From: Schmidtea polychroa
Lineage: Eukaryota
DNA: 64,000 nt
Direction: 5' to 3'
Assembly (NCBI GenBank): GCA_044892525.1
Contig: CM097888.1
Span: 44,516,001-44,580,000, forward strand
This document shows positions 1 to 14,240 of the stretch, piece by piece. The first letter of the stretch is position 1; every line of letters starts with the position of its first letter. The notes beneath the pieces were generated by a model. That model did no database searches. It saw only the letters and a list, made by a program, of their open reading frames with translations, and was not told where the DNA came from. A program made the translations under genes and the position numbers.

Positions 1-293
1 GTTGCCCAGTGTGTTTTATTGTGTTCTCTCGTCTCATTTGTATGTTGCCCAGTGTGTTTTATTGTGTTCTCTCGTCTCATTTGTATGTTGCCCAGTGTGT
101 TTTATTGTGTTCTCTCGTCTCATTTGTATGTTTCTCAGTGTGTTTTATTGTGTGTTTTATTGTGTGTTCTCTTATATCATTTGTATGTTACCCAGAGTGT
201 TTTATTGTGTTCTCTCGTCTCATTTTGTATGTTGTCCAGTGTGTTTTATTGTGTTCTCTCGTCTCATTTTGTATGTTGCCCAGTGTGCTTTAC
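1..293. repeat. 43-bp tandem minisatellite (GTTGCCCAGTGTGTTTTATTGTGTTCTCTCGTCTCATTTGTAT), about 6.5 copies, cut by the window edge; lies in the first coding intron of ARMH1
   Basis: Units start at 1, 44, 87, 130 (with internal duplication), 187, 231 and 275 (partial). The repeat explains the three low-complexity + strand ORFs at 2-372. Confidence 0.95.
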
Positions 294-865
294 AAAATTT
301 GCGATTAATTTCCTCAGTTTATCTAAGAATTCTGCTCGATATTATTTCATACAAATAATTAAGTCAATTTAATAATTAAAGTTTTCACCAAAATGCGACA
401 TTACTAGTGAATGAACCTTTGCTGGGGTTCTCTGTCTAGTCCTGTATCATTATTATATAGCTACTACTGCAACCTTTGGGTAAAAATCACGCATCCAAAT
501 TCAAATTTCTGCTTTTGTCAACTGGAAAATGTTTCAGTAACAATTGTCAAAGTACTATTGCAATTCCAATTAATGAATGTATTTTCACTGCAATATCCAA
601 TGTTCTCTTCGAGCACCTGTGGAATATCAGTGGATAATTTTTGATAGCAATATCAACAATTCAACAAAAATGGTCGAGTCACTTTAACAAGTCATTAACT
701 AGTTATCATTAACAAGCTAGTTGATTATATATAATAAAATTTACTTAAAAATAAAAAAATCCAATTAATTTTTTAATAATAATTTATATTATACTAGAAA
801 TTCAAATTCAAATATATTTCATATAATTATATGTTTATGGCTATAAAATCAATTTTAAATATTAC

Positions 866-1071
866 GTAAGTTTTAACCAAACTGAAATTCTAGCAAGGAA
901 TAAACTTGCCATTTGAGCCAGTTCCATTTCTAATTCCGGTCCAGTTATTTGCTGATGTTGATCTATAAAATCTTGTAGCAATTGCTTACGTCGCTCTTTG
1001 GAAGCTTTATCCCATTCTTGAAGAATGCTAATAACATTATATGTCGCATTATCTTGCTTTGCTGAACTCAT
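866..1071 (-). CDS. ARMH1: Armadillo-like helical domain-containing protein 1 (C1orf228) homolog, first coding exon; the rest of the gene lies left of the window
   Basis: MSSAKQDNATYNVISILQEWDKASKERRKQLLQDFIDQHQQITGPELEMELAQMASLFLARISVWLKLT matches the ARMH1 N-terminus as I recall it (LQEWD..., T.PELE.E..Q.ASLFL.R....L..T). Donor AC|GTAAT at 865-864; acceptor CCTCAG 7 nt upstream of the ATG. Confidence 0.8.
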
Positions 1072-2920
1072 TTATTAGCTGAGGTAATTTAAAATTAAAT
1101 ATTAATCGCAAATTACTATGACATTTCAAAAGAAAATTCGAATATTAAAACACGGATTTTATATTGTATTTTAATTTCAAAATTTTTAAGATAATTCAAT
1201 ATTTTCTTTATTACACCAAATTAATCTGTAGAGAAATTAAAGCTGTTTAATAATTTTAATTTTAAAAAGTATTTAAAGAAATATAATTTTAAAAAGGTTA
1301 TATATCTAATGTAATTAAACCTATAAATTAATTTTTATTCTGTTTAGACAGTTTTGTTAATATATAATTTTTAAATTTAAAAAAGATTTAAAATTAAGTT
1401 AATAATAATGAGAAATCAGCATTTGAATATCTAGCAAAATTAACAAGAATGATGGAAGAAAACTCATAAGTTCCTTCGGGATGTTTAATACCAATGAAAT
1501 ATGTTTGTTATAAAAGAAAATGATCAAGAGATCGTGATAAATTTGAAATATTTTCGAACGAATTTAAACAAAGTATTTAGTAGTTTTACTTTTTTCTAGC
1601 ATTGCATTTTAATGCAAATCTCCTGGGGCTGAAATTCCAGATTCATTTGGTGATTCAATTGCTCGATGAAATTATAAAAGTTAGTTTTGACATTAACAAT
1701 GATGCATTAAAATATATTTTCGAGTATATCTATGTCATTGATTCTCTTTTGAATTACATTGTTTGACAATAAATTTACATAAAACTGTCTAATCAAACCA
1801 TTTCTCAGAACAAGTTCTATTATTTGGAGAGCGAGCAGTTGTACCAAAGTTGTTATGCGCCTTTTCTTCGATGTTTTAGTTTAGAGGCATTGAAAGTTTC
1901 AAAAATCGGATGGTTAATTTTTAGTGACTAGAGCTTCGGTTTGAAGACTCAATATTCAGTAGAACTAATCTCCCTTTCTCTAATAAAATCTTTCATTTCA
2001 TTTTCATGGATTTTGTGAATTTTCTTTATATTATTTCTTTTGATTTGCACAGTCTGAAATTTAGTAGAATCTATCCTCCTTTTTTCCATGAATTTTATGT
2101 AACAATTAATACAATTTTCTCTGGAATGTATCTTTATTTATATTGATTGTTGAATGTAGGTTAAAATTAAAACAAATATTAATATTTTATTAATTAAATT
2201 TTAAAATGTGAATAAAAATTCTATTTGTTTACTTTTTAAAAATGCAAATAAGTTATTGAAAAACATATTTTTCTAATAAGATTAATCTTTCGAAAGTTTG
2301 GGAAGATATATATATATTGCATAAATATCAATGAAATCGCCATTTTAATATTAAGTTCTTCTAAATTATGTGAATTATATTCTTTTATTCTTAGTCCCTC
2401 ATTTGAAAAGAGTATAATCCTATAAATTTTACATATGCTTAGGATCGAATTCATAGTAAATTCTATTATTTGAACTTGATAGGTGTCCTAATAATATATT
2501 ATTTCCTTTAACTTCACTGCATATTTAATATATACAAATAAGTTTATTTTAGTTGTAAAACTTTTAAAGAAATACATAGTTTATAAAATTTATTTTTCAT
2601 AATAAGTGACACGAGCTGCAGAATTCTCAGTGAGTCTTGGCTAAAGTGAATAATTTCATAGATACTCATGGAAACCAAGTTTCCTTGAAAATAATATAGA
2701 ATTCAGAGTTACCAAATTCTAGGGGATCTAAATCTTTAGACCTTGTGGGTATCTTTATGTTATAGAGGTGTTACATGCTTTTCATTTTGTCTATTTTCAT
2801 TTTATTTTCCATGTCGAAGGTAATGAGTTCTGGGTTTTTTGCCAGCCACCACAAGTAGCTGCAAATGTATTCTATCACAAATTTCGTGGAAGATTTATGT
2901 TTAAGAACTTAATATATAGG

Positions 2921-3064
2921 AAGTGATGGGATTCAATTTTCTTTGGAACCGGTACGCTTTCCATATTTTTATGATTTGTAAAATGAAAAATCCGTACGCA
3001 TTTATTAGAACTTAGTAGGAACTAGTGCGGCGTACCGGTGTGTACCGCCTGAATCCCATCATTG
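2921..3064. mobile_element. Short hAT-type MITE (~144 bp)
   Basis: TIR AGTGATGGGATTCA ... TGAATCCCATCATTG; flanking 8-mers TATATAGG / TAAATAGG (7/8 TSD match). Confidence 0.75.
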
Positions 3065-6000
3065 TAAATAGGTGATTAAATTTATGTTTTATGTTCAGTG
3101 TGGTATATAGTTTATCTTTGCATATATAAATCAATTAAATAGCTACTTTTACATGAAATATTTTCTACTTGAAATAATCAATAAAAATCAAATGATTTCT
3201 TTTCTAAGTCGGCTAATTTGTTATTGTTTTCATTAAATTATATGTAAAAATATAAATCTTGACCTTCACCGAGGTAATCAAAACAATTTTATAATAAATT
3301 TTACAACAATGCTACTGCAAAATATTTCGTAAAAGTCTTTCGTAATGTTTTTATAAAACTTTAGTTGAAGCAATTCTAGTTGCCTGGAGTATTTAGTTGG
3401 TGCAAAAATTTATTATTTGACACTTTTTATTTGACACCAGTTCAGACAACCTATAAATAATGCTTGGTAAATTTTTCTTTTAAACTTTTCAAGATTATCG
3501 CGTTTGTTTCTTTGGTCGTTTCTTTTGCAATTTAATAGTGAAATCTTCTCCTCACTTTGCAATTTTTTTATCAAATGAATTTTTTAATTTTTTTTCGTTC
3601 CATTTAATTTTCGTATAAGTTGTATTAAATTAATCACTTCACTACTTATATTATATTACGATAATTAATTCTTAAATCCTCTTTATTATTAGTTAATTAG
3701 ATTTTTGTTTTTTATTTGTTAAACACTTATCTCCTTATGACCGCCTTTTTTTGTAATACCGTCAAAAAATAATTAATTTTCTAAAATTCAATTAAATAAT
3801 TTATAATTAGTTTTGTATAATTCTTAATACAAATAATACATTTTGATAATTAGTGCCAATTATTTTATTATCGCTTATAAATACAAATATAAATACAATA
3901 TGAATTATTGACAAAATTTAATAACAAATTATCAATTAAAACAAAATATTAACATAAAATAATATATATTTTAATTTCTCCACTCTAAATTTCTGTGAAT
4001 TAACACTTTCAGTACATCTTACTTCGCTCCAAGTTTAAATAATTTTGCAAGGGATGAAATGATATTTCATGTTGAATGAAATTGCACTCTTTAGAAATAA
4101 AACAAATGTTGCTATTTATCACGTCATTTTATTCGTAAATTATTTCATGGAATATATTAAGAATTTAAACTATTAAAGTATTTCAATATTGAATGTAAAT
4201 GAATGTCAGCCAGTGATTAACCACTCCCTCCCTCCATTATTCTAAACACTGACTTCCAACTTGGTATCTGGCATGGCATATTAAAAACATCTGATCCAAC
4301 TGCACTTTGTGGTGCTTACTATTAAATTAATATAATAATTATGTATTATAAACAGAGTCATATTAAAAAAGCAACTAGTCATAATATTAAGGGCGCCAAC
4401 GTACCTTGGCGTGCCTCTAAATGTAAACTAATTTTAATTTAATATTCTTCATGAGTAGAATTAATGAAATTTATATTTATAATTAACATAACAAAATTTG
4501 ACTACAGTGAAATCAAATGAATCTGTTTTTTTTTAAAAAGTGAAAATCCTTTAATGCAAGAAAAAAAAATTTCTTTAGATATTTAGTAAATCTTTTAATT
4601 GAAGAACTTAATAATATTTGAATGTGGNNNNNNNNNNNNNNNNNNNNNNNNNNNNNNNNNNNNNNNNNNNNNNNNNNNNNNNNNNNNNNNNNNNNNNNNN
4701 NNNNNNNNNNNNNNNNNNNNNNNNNNNNNNNNNNNNNNNNNNNNNNNNNNNNNNNNNNNNNNNNNNNNNNNNNNNNNNNNNNNNNNNNNNNNNNNNNNNN
4801 NNNNNNNNNNNNNNNNNNNNNNNNNNNNNNNNNNNNNNNNNNNNNNNNNNNNNNNNNNNNNNNNNNNNNNNNNNNNNNNNNNTCGACTGCATGATATTAT
4901 TATTTCATTGTTATCTGAAAATTATCATTTAACTGCCAAATAGTGCATAATTTACTTATTTAATAATTTAATCATATAGTTCTTTAAAACCTATTTAATT
5001 TTATAGATGTAATTTTTCAAAAAATGTATTAGTTTAATTAATATTATTTTGAATTAATTATAATAATTGGTATTTAATTTTAGAAATTAATTGGATTTTT
5101 ATTAAATGTTATATTGTGATATATTGCGATCTTGGCAATTAATTTTTTATATTCAAAATTTCATTACATGTTTCAGATGGTTTGATTGTACCTCATTATT
5201 CAGAATTTACTGTAATTTTGTCATTTTCAATAGATTATTATTTTTAATTTGAATAAAAAAAATTATTTCGTAACTTATATTTTTTTGTCTTAGGATTGAT
5301 TGCTATCTAGTCGTATATAATTATGTAAATAAGAATATTTCTGAAAATAAATTGAAATTTTAAATTTAAATTTTTTAACATTTTTATTTATTTATAATTT
5401 CATTCATATAACTTGATTTTAAAAAAATTTAAATTTTCATGTTTACATTTTACAATTTTTTTTAATAAATTTTCATTATATTTCCTTCTTTTGGTGAGTT
5501 TCGATCTTCATTTTGCATCTGGCCCTTAAAAATATCAGAATAAAATGTCAATTTATTATTTTTTTTTAAAAAGTTAAATTTTATTGTTACTTACTATAGA
5601 TTAGACAGTTGTAAACAGTCTAGGAAAATTTGTCATTTTTCAGAGATAAACAATTGAATATGTCAAAAATAAAAATGTAATTGACAGTTAAATAGACAAC
5701 ATGAATGTTGACAACTTGTGGCATGAATTTTCTCGTACTTTTGGAATTTTACAAAATTATTCATATTGTAATCAAGTGTTATTATTTAATGTTAGATCAT
5801 GATTAATTAAGATTCCTGTTGAAAATTCATAAACACGAGGAATGTCGTGTGATTTAAGCGTCGGATCACACTTTTCCTATACCTAGGACCGTGTTTTCAA
5901 CAATTAATTCAAAAAGATTTTAATTTATTTTATAACTATTGTTGTTAAGATTGTTATTACAGTTCCCGTGACCGTATTGAGACCAGCTTTGACAATATAT

Positions 6001-7049
6001 CTAGTCAGTTTGATAAGATAAAGTTTTCAATAGATATTTGGAATGCGATTAATAAGCTTTTATTTTTACTTTAAATTTAGAATTGAAAAATAATCAAATT
6101 AAAAATATAAAATTAAATGTTTTTTTATATAAATAGATAATTTAAATAGAAAAAATTTACCAAAATATAAAGTTTTCATATATTAGTATGACCTTGAAAT
6201 TTATTATTGTTTTATTTTATTGTATTTTATCAATTTTATATTTTAATTATTATTAAATATTTAAGTCTTATTATATCCAAATTAATTGTCAACGACTTTT
6301 ATCACAATCAAATTATTACTAATTATAAGATAAAATTAGCATAATCACATTAAAATAAAACGTTAAAAGCGACCAAAAAACTAAAGTAATTTAAGCTGGT
6401 ATTTTCCTTTTTACAGAGTTATATTGGCACTGAAAGCTATGGAATTTGCATCTGACCATTCAATTCACAAGATAGGGGGAAATTATTTGCAATCAACCAT
6501 GAAATAGAATAAATTCAGGAATTGGAATATCATTTTGACTATATTAATCATGGGATTTTTATTACCGCAATTTTGTGTAATTCAATTTTCAATAAAATAC
6601 AATTTAATATTTTCATTTAAATAATTTTATTAATCTACAAATTTGGTGATGATTTATATCGTGTGTTTAAAATATTTCTGCTAATTTTTGTCTGTTTAAG
6701 TCAGGGCCGCGCCAAGGTACGTTAGTGCCGAGATTCCAGGTAAAAGTTGCCGCTCCTAATAGGCTAAAATTATTTTAGTTTAAATTTAATATTTGTAATA
6801 CATATAATATAACAAGTTTTACCTATTTAATTAACAAGCAGTATGTTTAAACCATCATGAGCGTAATAAAAATTGTTCAATCAGCATTTCTTCTATAAAT
6901 TGGCTTAAGAGTCGCATGATTTTGATTGATGATTTTATTTTTCTTAATTCAATGATCATCGATGGCTTCCAATATTAGTGAAGCCATTTTCATAAATTGG
7001 ACAAGGAAAAATACAATATGGAGAAACAGCACATTGCTTTCAAACAAAT

Positions 7050-7440
7050 GTTTTCTACGTGACAGTTCAAAGTAATCTGCGTCATTTGAAGAAAACCCGT
7101 TGGTTTCGACACAAAATTTCCACTAAACAAATAAAAAAAATAGGAAAAGCAGTTATGACCTTATTTCTGTTATAGATATTGAACTATTGGACCAATGAAG
7201 GATCACACTACCACTGTTCATTGGGGAAAAGATACCTAAAATTTGATGTCAGTGACGAGACTATCCAAGAAGGCTCATGTTTTCTGTTTTCAATGGTGAA
7301 AGGATGGAAGTGTTCACTTAATGCAATACTAATAATGCTTATATCCACTGTCGGCAATTAGATTATCTGGCTGTGTCTATAAAAAATTAGCAACTACTAG
7401 CCTGAAACACTAACTTCCCCTCCCTGGAAGTTTACTAATT
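7050..7440 (-). mobile_element. Decayed Penelope-like retroelement, reverse transcriptase fragment
   Basis: Minus-strand translation with frameshifts gives the Penelope RT motifs in the expected order: GS..S..VANF, a degenerate YVDD, FTIE.EN.SL.FLDSLV, ..ILHWSNS and ..TNGFS. Confidence 0.5.
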
Positions 7441-10400
7441 TTTTGTCCTCTCAAGTTTTCGAAAAGGCAAATTTAGTAATGATTTTTTTACAGGATTTTG
7501 CGTTATTGTACTTTAAGTTATTAAAAAATGAAAAAAAAATTAATTTTTTTTTAAAAATGTATGTTTACATTATTATTTTTTTCAGTTCCGGTTTATTAAA
7601 ACCTACGGTTTGATATTATTTCAGTAAAACATAAATGCTGTATTCAAACAAACGTATTTATTATCAAAATTTGATTGACATAAAAATAGAAAAACATTTA
7701 TTACAATTACATTTGCCAATTATTTTTATAATATTTTGGTTTAGTTTAATTTAAAAATTAGATTTATTTCATTTAAAATTAAAAACAAATTTTTTAAATT
7801 TATTTAACCTTAAAAATTGAAATAATAGTGACAAATTCACCGAAATGTTCATTATAAATGACACTTGACCTTAGCATTCTCATCAACTAACAAATTAAAG
7901 GTCTAGTAAATATCATGATCACATCAACCTTCACATTAACATTGTAGAAACATTTTGTCAAGTTGGTCGATTTAAAAATTGTAAATGTTTTATTAAACCT
8001 TTAATTGTGCCCCAGAATTCCCCTTGTATTGGTACGTTGAATCGAAAAAAGCTTCAAGTCTTTTCTCTTCCGGATTTCTTTAATTTTCTATATTATTTGC
8101 ACATTGGACCAAAAACGTGAATTTTCATTGTGCACCTTGTAATGAATGTTTTTTTTATTAATTTACAATATTCATAATTGTGAGAATTTAGAAGTTAAAA
8201 TTTAAAAAATTAAAAAACTTAAAAAATAAGTGTTGAATTTGAAAATGTTAAGGTAATCAAAAATACATAAAATTACAAAAATTTTTACAATTGTATGCAA
8301 TTTGAAATGTTTTGTTATAATGTTTGAAATTTGTGTAATTAAAAAGTTGCTGCAGTTCAATTGATCGATATGGCAATAATTTTAACAAATATTTTTTAAA
8401 AATTGGGTAGTGTATTTTATTGCATGTTTGCATGTTTTATATATTATAGAAATTTACCTCGCCGTGTTTGTTTGTTTCATTATTTTGCTACCCTTTCTTA
8501 AATCCTATTATAAATTGATAGCAACTAACGACTTCTTAAATAATAACCTTACAAATTATATTATAAGTTACATATAAACTCACCTGAGTTCTAAGATTTC
8601 GATACCAGTTACACCTAACTCCTCGTGTCCTTTTCCAATCAAATAACTAAAACCCAACACAAAACAATTTTATTCAAACTTTACCACAATTACAATTAGC
8701 ACCTTTCTTTCGTAGATATCTGTAAGGGACAATCACCTTTTCAGGTACGATAGTTTATAATTCTCACTAGCTTTATTTGAATTCTTTTCTCGCTTTAGTT
8801 TTCTTGAATTTTCATAACCGTCCTCTGACAGTGTTTACTTCGACAAAATGGTGGCTCGTCTGTTTTTAGCTTTTCTTTTTATACTTTTCTGAAAGGTCCT
8901 ATCCGATATTGGGTAAACATTATTTTAATTCTTTTGGGGATTATCGGCATTTTTCTAACATATTTTCGATCGTAATTTTAAATCTCCTAAGAATTATCGG
9001 AATCCTACCTATTTCATTGCTAACCGGCGTTCGGTCGAGTTTGATTCAACTTCCTTTGATTATCATCAAATTATCCGCGTTTTTCTCGTCATTCGGGTTT
9101 CACGTTGACTCGGGCCCCTCATTACCTCGGGTTTCCCATTAGCGATTAATTGACTTTTTAAGTAGTTTGTTATTTTATTCTAACTTTTTCTATGGACCCC
9201 TAACTAAATTTTTATTATTATTTTTGGATTCATCTGATGATTTAGCGTTCAACCATATCTATTTCCCTCGGTCGATATAATCTTTTAATTAATTTTTGAA
9301 CTTTCGTTATATTGGTGTTTTTATTGATTTTTATTATGTTACGTTTAATTGTGTGCCTTTATGCATTACTCCAACAAATTTTTTAATTACTTTTTTATAT
9401 TATGGACTATTTTTATCAATTGACACGCAGTGTACTAAAAATGCATGCAAAATGAATCAAAAACTTACTAAATGCATTTATAAGGCAATGTACTATATGC
9501 ATAATTTATATAATTTATACTATATGAGCACCATCAGATTTATTTTATAGTTAAAATTAATTTAATATTTCCTTAGTTTTTCAGAAATTTCTGTCAAAAT
9601 CTTTCATTTCGTGAAGGTGAGAAGATGCTATTGTAAGATTTATTTATAAATTATAATCAATTTATTATTTCCATGGGGTTTCAGATATTACTGAACCTTC
9701 TACAATGCATTATACTAAAGCAAGGAAACAAATTATAAATTTTATTTTCCAATTTTATATTTTCATCTTTTGTCTACAAATTGTCTGACCAGATATTATT
9801 CCGTTGCTTATTGCTCTTTTCCTGTAATATAAACTGCTTTGTCTGTCTAATGTTACTGGACAATCTTACAATTTAGGCATAAATAATCTTTATTTAATAA
9901 GATTCCAATTTAGTCATTGTCTATTATAAAGGTTTTCCTTACAAGGGATTGAAAATCTTTCTAGTTTCGTGGGCGTTTTTTGACTAGATTAATCCTTACG
10001 ATCTACCACAGAAATTATTTTAAATATCAAAATAGTGATTTCAACTGCTTTCATGTGGTCTTTGAAAATATTTGATCTGTCGAAATTTAAATTATTTATA
10101 TCTATATGTAAAAGTTCCCTGTCGTTTTTTAAAAACAACTCTTAGAAAATATTTAAAATCTCAATATCTATGAGCCCTCGATAAAATATTTTAATGCCTA
10201 TAATATAGAAGTCCAATGCATTCATGTTATTCCCATGAAACTTAGTGATTCAATTATATAATTTTGTTCAAATCTGTTGAAAGCCGGAAAGAAAATGTTT
10301 AATTTCAAGTACACAATTACGTAATCCAAAAAAATGAAAGTTTTTCTTTTTCGTTGCTCTTCATAATAATTTTCCGTAACTTATACGCAATTAGAGATGA

Positions 10401-12638
10401 CTAATATGGTATTTCCAAAAGAATCAAAGAAGTTTCAAAATTATATGAAAATATTCACTTAGATTCAATAATAGTCTCCTTATAGACAAATGCAGTCAGA
10501 ATCAAAGTTTTTAAATTTTTATCACATTACTTAAATTATCATTAAAAAGTTGCCAAGAATTGATAAAGTTAATAGTTAAGCCACCGATTATTTCGTATAA
10601 CGCTGAGTATCAAATCATTCAAAGTTGGATATTTATTATAATAAAAAATAAACCAGATAAACAAATTTGAATTAATGAATCTGGATAAGTTTAAATTTTG
10701 TGAAAGACAGTGAAAATAAAAAATTTAATATATTAATTAACTTTCGACAATAAATATTTGTTTATTTTAACATTCTAAGAATAAATAATTAAAAAATTCT
10801 ATTCCGAACAAAACATCCGGATAAATAAATTTTCAACAAAAAAATGATGATTATTTTATAATAATAATAATTAATTATTAAGTAGACTATGAATAATAGA
10901 TCTTATTATTAGTATCTATAATTTCATATTTTTAAGAATGTCGTGTTACTTGGTCTTAAATTAGAACTCACTTGAGAATGAGCCTATTTACTGACCTCCT
11001 CGTATTTATGACAAGTTTTAGGAATGTGAGACTATTTTTGATAACATTTGAAAACAACTTAAGCTAATGATTTAAAATAAGTTCTGATATTATATAAGTT
11101 GGCTTGGATTTTTTAAGGCTGAGAAAAGCTGGGTCAATGGACTTTTGAAGCTCTACGTAGAATTTCGACAACACCAAATTATTGTTATGAAAACTGTTAA
11201 AATTGTTGAGTTTTTAATTAGATAATTATTAACGTCGGTGTTTTTGATTCCACGTGTTCTGTAAAAACAATTATATAAATAACACACAACGTGTATTGGT
11301 AATCAATTTCGTATAATTTATAATTTACTAAACTCTGAATATCGCAATAAAATGCCTATTCTGACTATTCAATAAGTCTCATTGTCACCGCTTTGGTTCT
11401 GAACGTTCTGCAGCAATAATGACCTACTTTATTTACTCCTTTTACTTAAATAGATTCTTTTATTTTCCTTTCAGCTAGTTCTATCTTCTATCTTTAGTTT
11501 TTCCTTTTTAGGGATATTGACGATTTCTTCTTCCCTGCCTGAAGCAAAATGCCGATTGTTTCTGAATTTGAGCTCTCTTATATAGTTGAAATAGTCGCCT
11601 TGATTAATGGTATTTCAACTAGATTGTATCCTTTTGACAAGCTTTGCCTAACAGCTTTTTCCATCTTTTCTCCTTCGAAAGACATAATTAATTGTCATAC
11701 CGTGCGTACCTCTAGCGATAATCTTTATCAATATCAAATTTTCACAAAAAAATGTTTTGAAAGTTTATTGCAGAAGAAATGGAAATAAAATACTTAGTGA
11801 CAAAGTGGAAATCTTTAACCTTTATGTCTGAAAAACATGTCTGACGAGGTCTTGTGAAAATGCCATGCGAACACCTTGAAATTGGCTTAAATGAACCACA
11901 CTAATTGTGAAGAGAACAACACTTGACAATAACTTTGCATTTATACAAAAGCCATAAAAATGCATAAATTCAATAAAATTGAACATCGTTATACACATTA
12001 TGGTTTCTTTGTAGTAGTATGCTGTTCCAATAATGTGTATATATATTATTTTCCCAACAAACGCAGTAATTATTATAGAAAATTTAGTTACTTTTTTATA
12101 TCAAGGTTAATATTTATAGGAAACCTGAAAATCAAAAGATATTGTCCCCTAATATAACTGTGTCAGCTTTTGATCTTTCTTAGCACATTAAAGGAATAAT
12201 TACTTGAGGAACTTGCAGTGAATATGTAATGTATTTTTAATGTCCTCGAAAAACATTACATTTAAAAAAAACATTTTTCATATTATTTATTATTTTTGCC
12301 GTGACAAANNNNNNNNNNNNNNNNNNNNNNNNNNNNNNNNNNNNNNNNNNNNNNNNNNNNNNNNNNNNNNNNNNNNNNNNNNNNNNNNNNNNNNNNNNNN
12401 NNNNNNNNNNNNNNNNNNNNNNNNNNNNNNNNNNNNNNNNNNNNNNNNNNNNNNNNNNNNNNNNNNNNNNNNNNNNNNNNNNNNNNNNNNNNNNNNNNNN
12501 NNNNNNNNNNNNNNNNNNNNNNNNNNNNNNNNNNNNNNNNNNNNNNNNNNNNNNNNNNATAAAATTTTTTGGAAGTCTTTCATTTACTGTATTCATTTAC
12601 TGTTATTCATTTACTGTATATTATTGTATATTATTATT

Positions 12639-12640
<2 letters not shown>

Positions 12641-12702
<62 letters not shown>
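12641..12702. repeat. (TA)n microsatellite
   Basis: Pure TA run read directly. Confidence 0.97.
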
Positions 12703-12706
<4 letters not shown>

Positions 12707-14240
12707 ATAAACTTATGCTGTGATATTTTATCCTATATGACTAGACCTTGCGTTATCACTTTCAATGGACACGCCATAGATCAAATACTGACTTTTGTAC
12801 TATGGTTAAAATACTGTCATAAAATTCTAGAGAGCAGACTCCTGAATTTTTATTGTTTATCTAAAAACATTGTGTTCATTAACCACATGCGTTTTTTAAT
12901 TACTAGTTATATTTCTAAATATATAAAAATTAATTGACATACGTCACAATAAGATATTTATATCATGACGAATGGTCTAGTAACACATACTTCTGTCTAG
13001 AAGTCTAAATATACTTTGAAATTCTAATTAATTAAAAGAAATTAAAAGCTGAAGCTTGCATATGGTTTGTAAGACAACATTTCCGATCTATTACTTCATC
13101 CAAGACTGCGGCGTAACAGATTCTATGTTCCAAAAATTTTCTTTTCAATCATCAAAATCCGCTGTTTTTTTATATTAAAGTTAATTTTATTTCGTGAAAT
13201 AAGGTGTCATGCCTATGGTGTGTTGCCTATTTTTTAAAATTTATTGATCTTGTTTTAAATTATAGAAAATGTTGCCCAGCTGAACCAGTTGTATGCATGA
13301 TTTGTGTCGGTCGCCAATATCTATAAATTAATTATATATTATATTAGGCCTTAATTTATGGCTAATCCGCCAGTAATTTATATCCCTTTGTGTAGTATAA
13401 ATATTCAAATGTGCATGTTTGATAAAATGGTCCTAAAGCTGCCTTGTCATAGATTTCCTTTTAATTCCTACCATTCTGAATTTGCAAATTCATATAATAA
13501 TATGGTTAAAATTGTTGAGATTCAATCTATTTTGTATCATTTTGTACATAAAACTTGTGATTCAACAAAAGTTGGTATGATTCACGAATTTATCATCTTT
13601 ATTGTGACTTTGGATGACATGCCACCTGAATGTCTGGTCCGTTAATTAAAATGATTAATCTTCATAACTTAATTAATTTGATACATGTTTTATAAATGTC
13701 TATGCATTTTGACATATTTACTGTATACGAATTTTTTATTGGATTACTTTGTCCACCATTGATTGGTAACAGATCAATAAATTAAATCTAACCCTAAATT
13801 AATTGATTTATTGCGATAGATCAAATGAATGACAAAATAAAAATTCTGATTAAAATTTTTTATCTTTCATTTTTGATTTATTTTCATTTCGTTTGAGACC
13901 ATAAAGCAAAGATTGATCTATTGCAGCGGTTCCCACTATTAAGGCCACAAGAAATGTTTTGAGTTCATGGAAAATTTAAAAGGCTTATGGGTGTTTGCTA
14001 TAAAATGTGGGCTTAATTATAGGATAAAGTTGAATCGTTCATTAGTGAATTTGAAACTAGGAAGGAATTCTCTTATGTAAATGAGTGCAAAAGAAAATTT
14101 TAATGCACAAAATTCGAATGTAAATTAATTAATAATTTTAAAAAAACCACTCTTATTAATATGGCATGCAGCAAACGAAAAATTAAAGACGAATATAATT
14201 TCAAATCGATAGGGCTCCAAGATAACGTAAATACAAATTA

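Noticed and set aside
2-372. Three Cys/Val/Phe-rich + strand ORFs
   Set aside because: Translations of the 43-bp minisatellite, antisense within the ARMH1 intron.
4599-4943. ORFs spanning N runs (also near 12.3, 34.8, 38.4, 44.3, 46.2, 58.8 and 61.8 kb)
   Set aside because: Artefacts of assembly gaps translated as X.
2775-6507. Possible secreted micro-exon gene: signal-peptide-like MLFILSIFILFSMSK|GTAATG (2775-2819) plus acceptor-led segments at 5177, 5295 and 6417
   Set aside because: The exon phases do not chain into one open frame, T-rich DNA encodes F/L/I/S by chance, and I see no recognisable homology. RNA-seq would be needed.
4390-6730. Inverted 28-bp pair (4390-4418 and 6702-6730) as ends of a composite element
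   Set aside because: The two ends face outward (right end of one copy, left end of another), so they are separate fragments of one hAT MITE family.
8516-9300. LTR-like segment on the minus strand
   Set aside because: The composition is suggestive, but I could not define both TG/CA ends or a TSD.
10930-13650. Possible pogo and Tc1 transposase remnants on the minus strand
   Set aside because: Only isolated, weak motif resemblances; no TIRs and no continuous frame.
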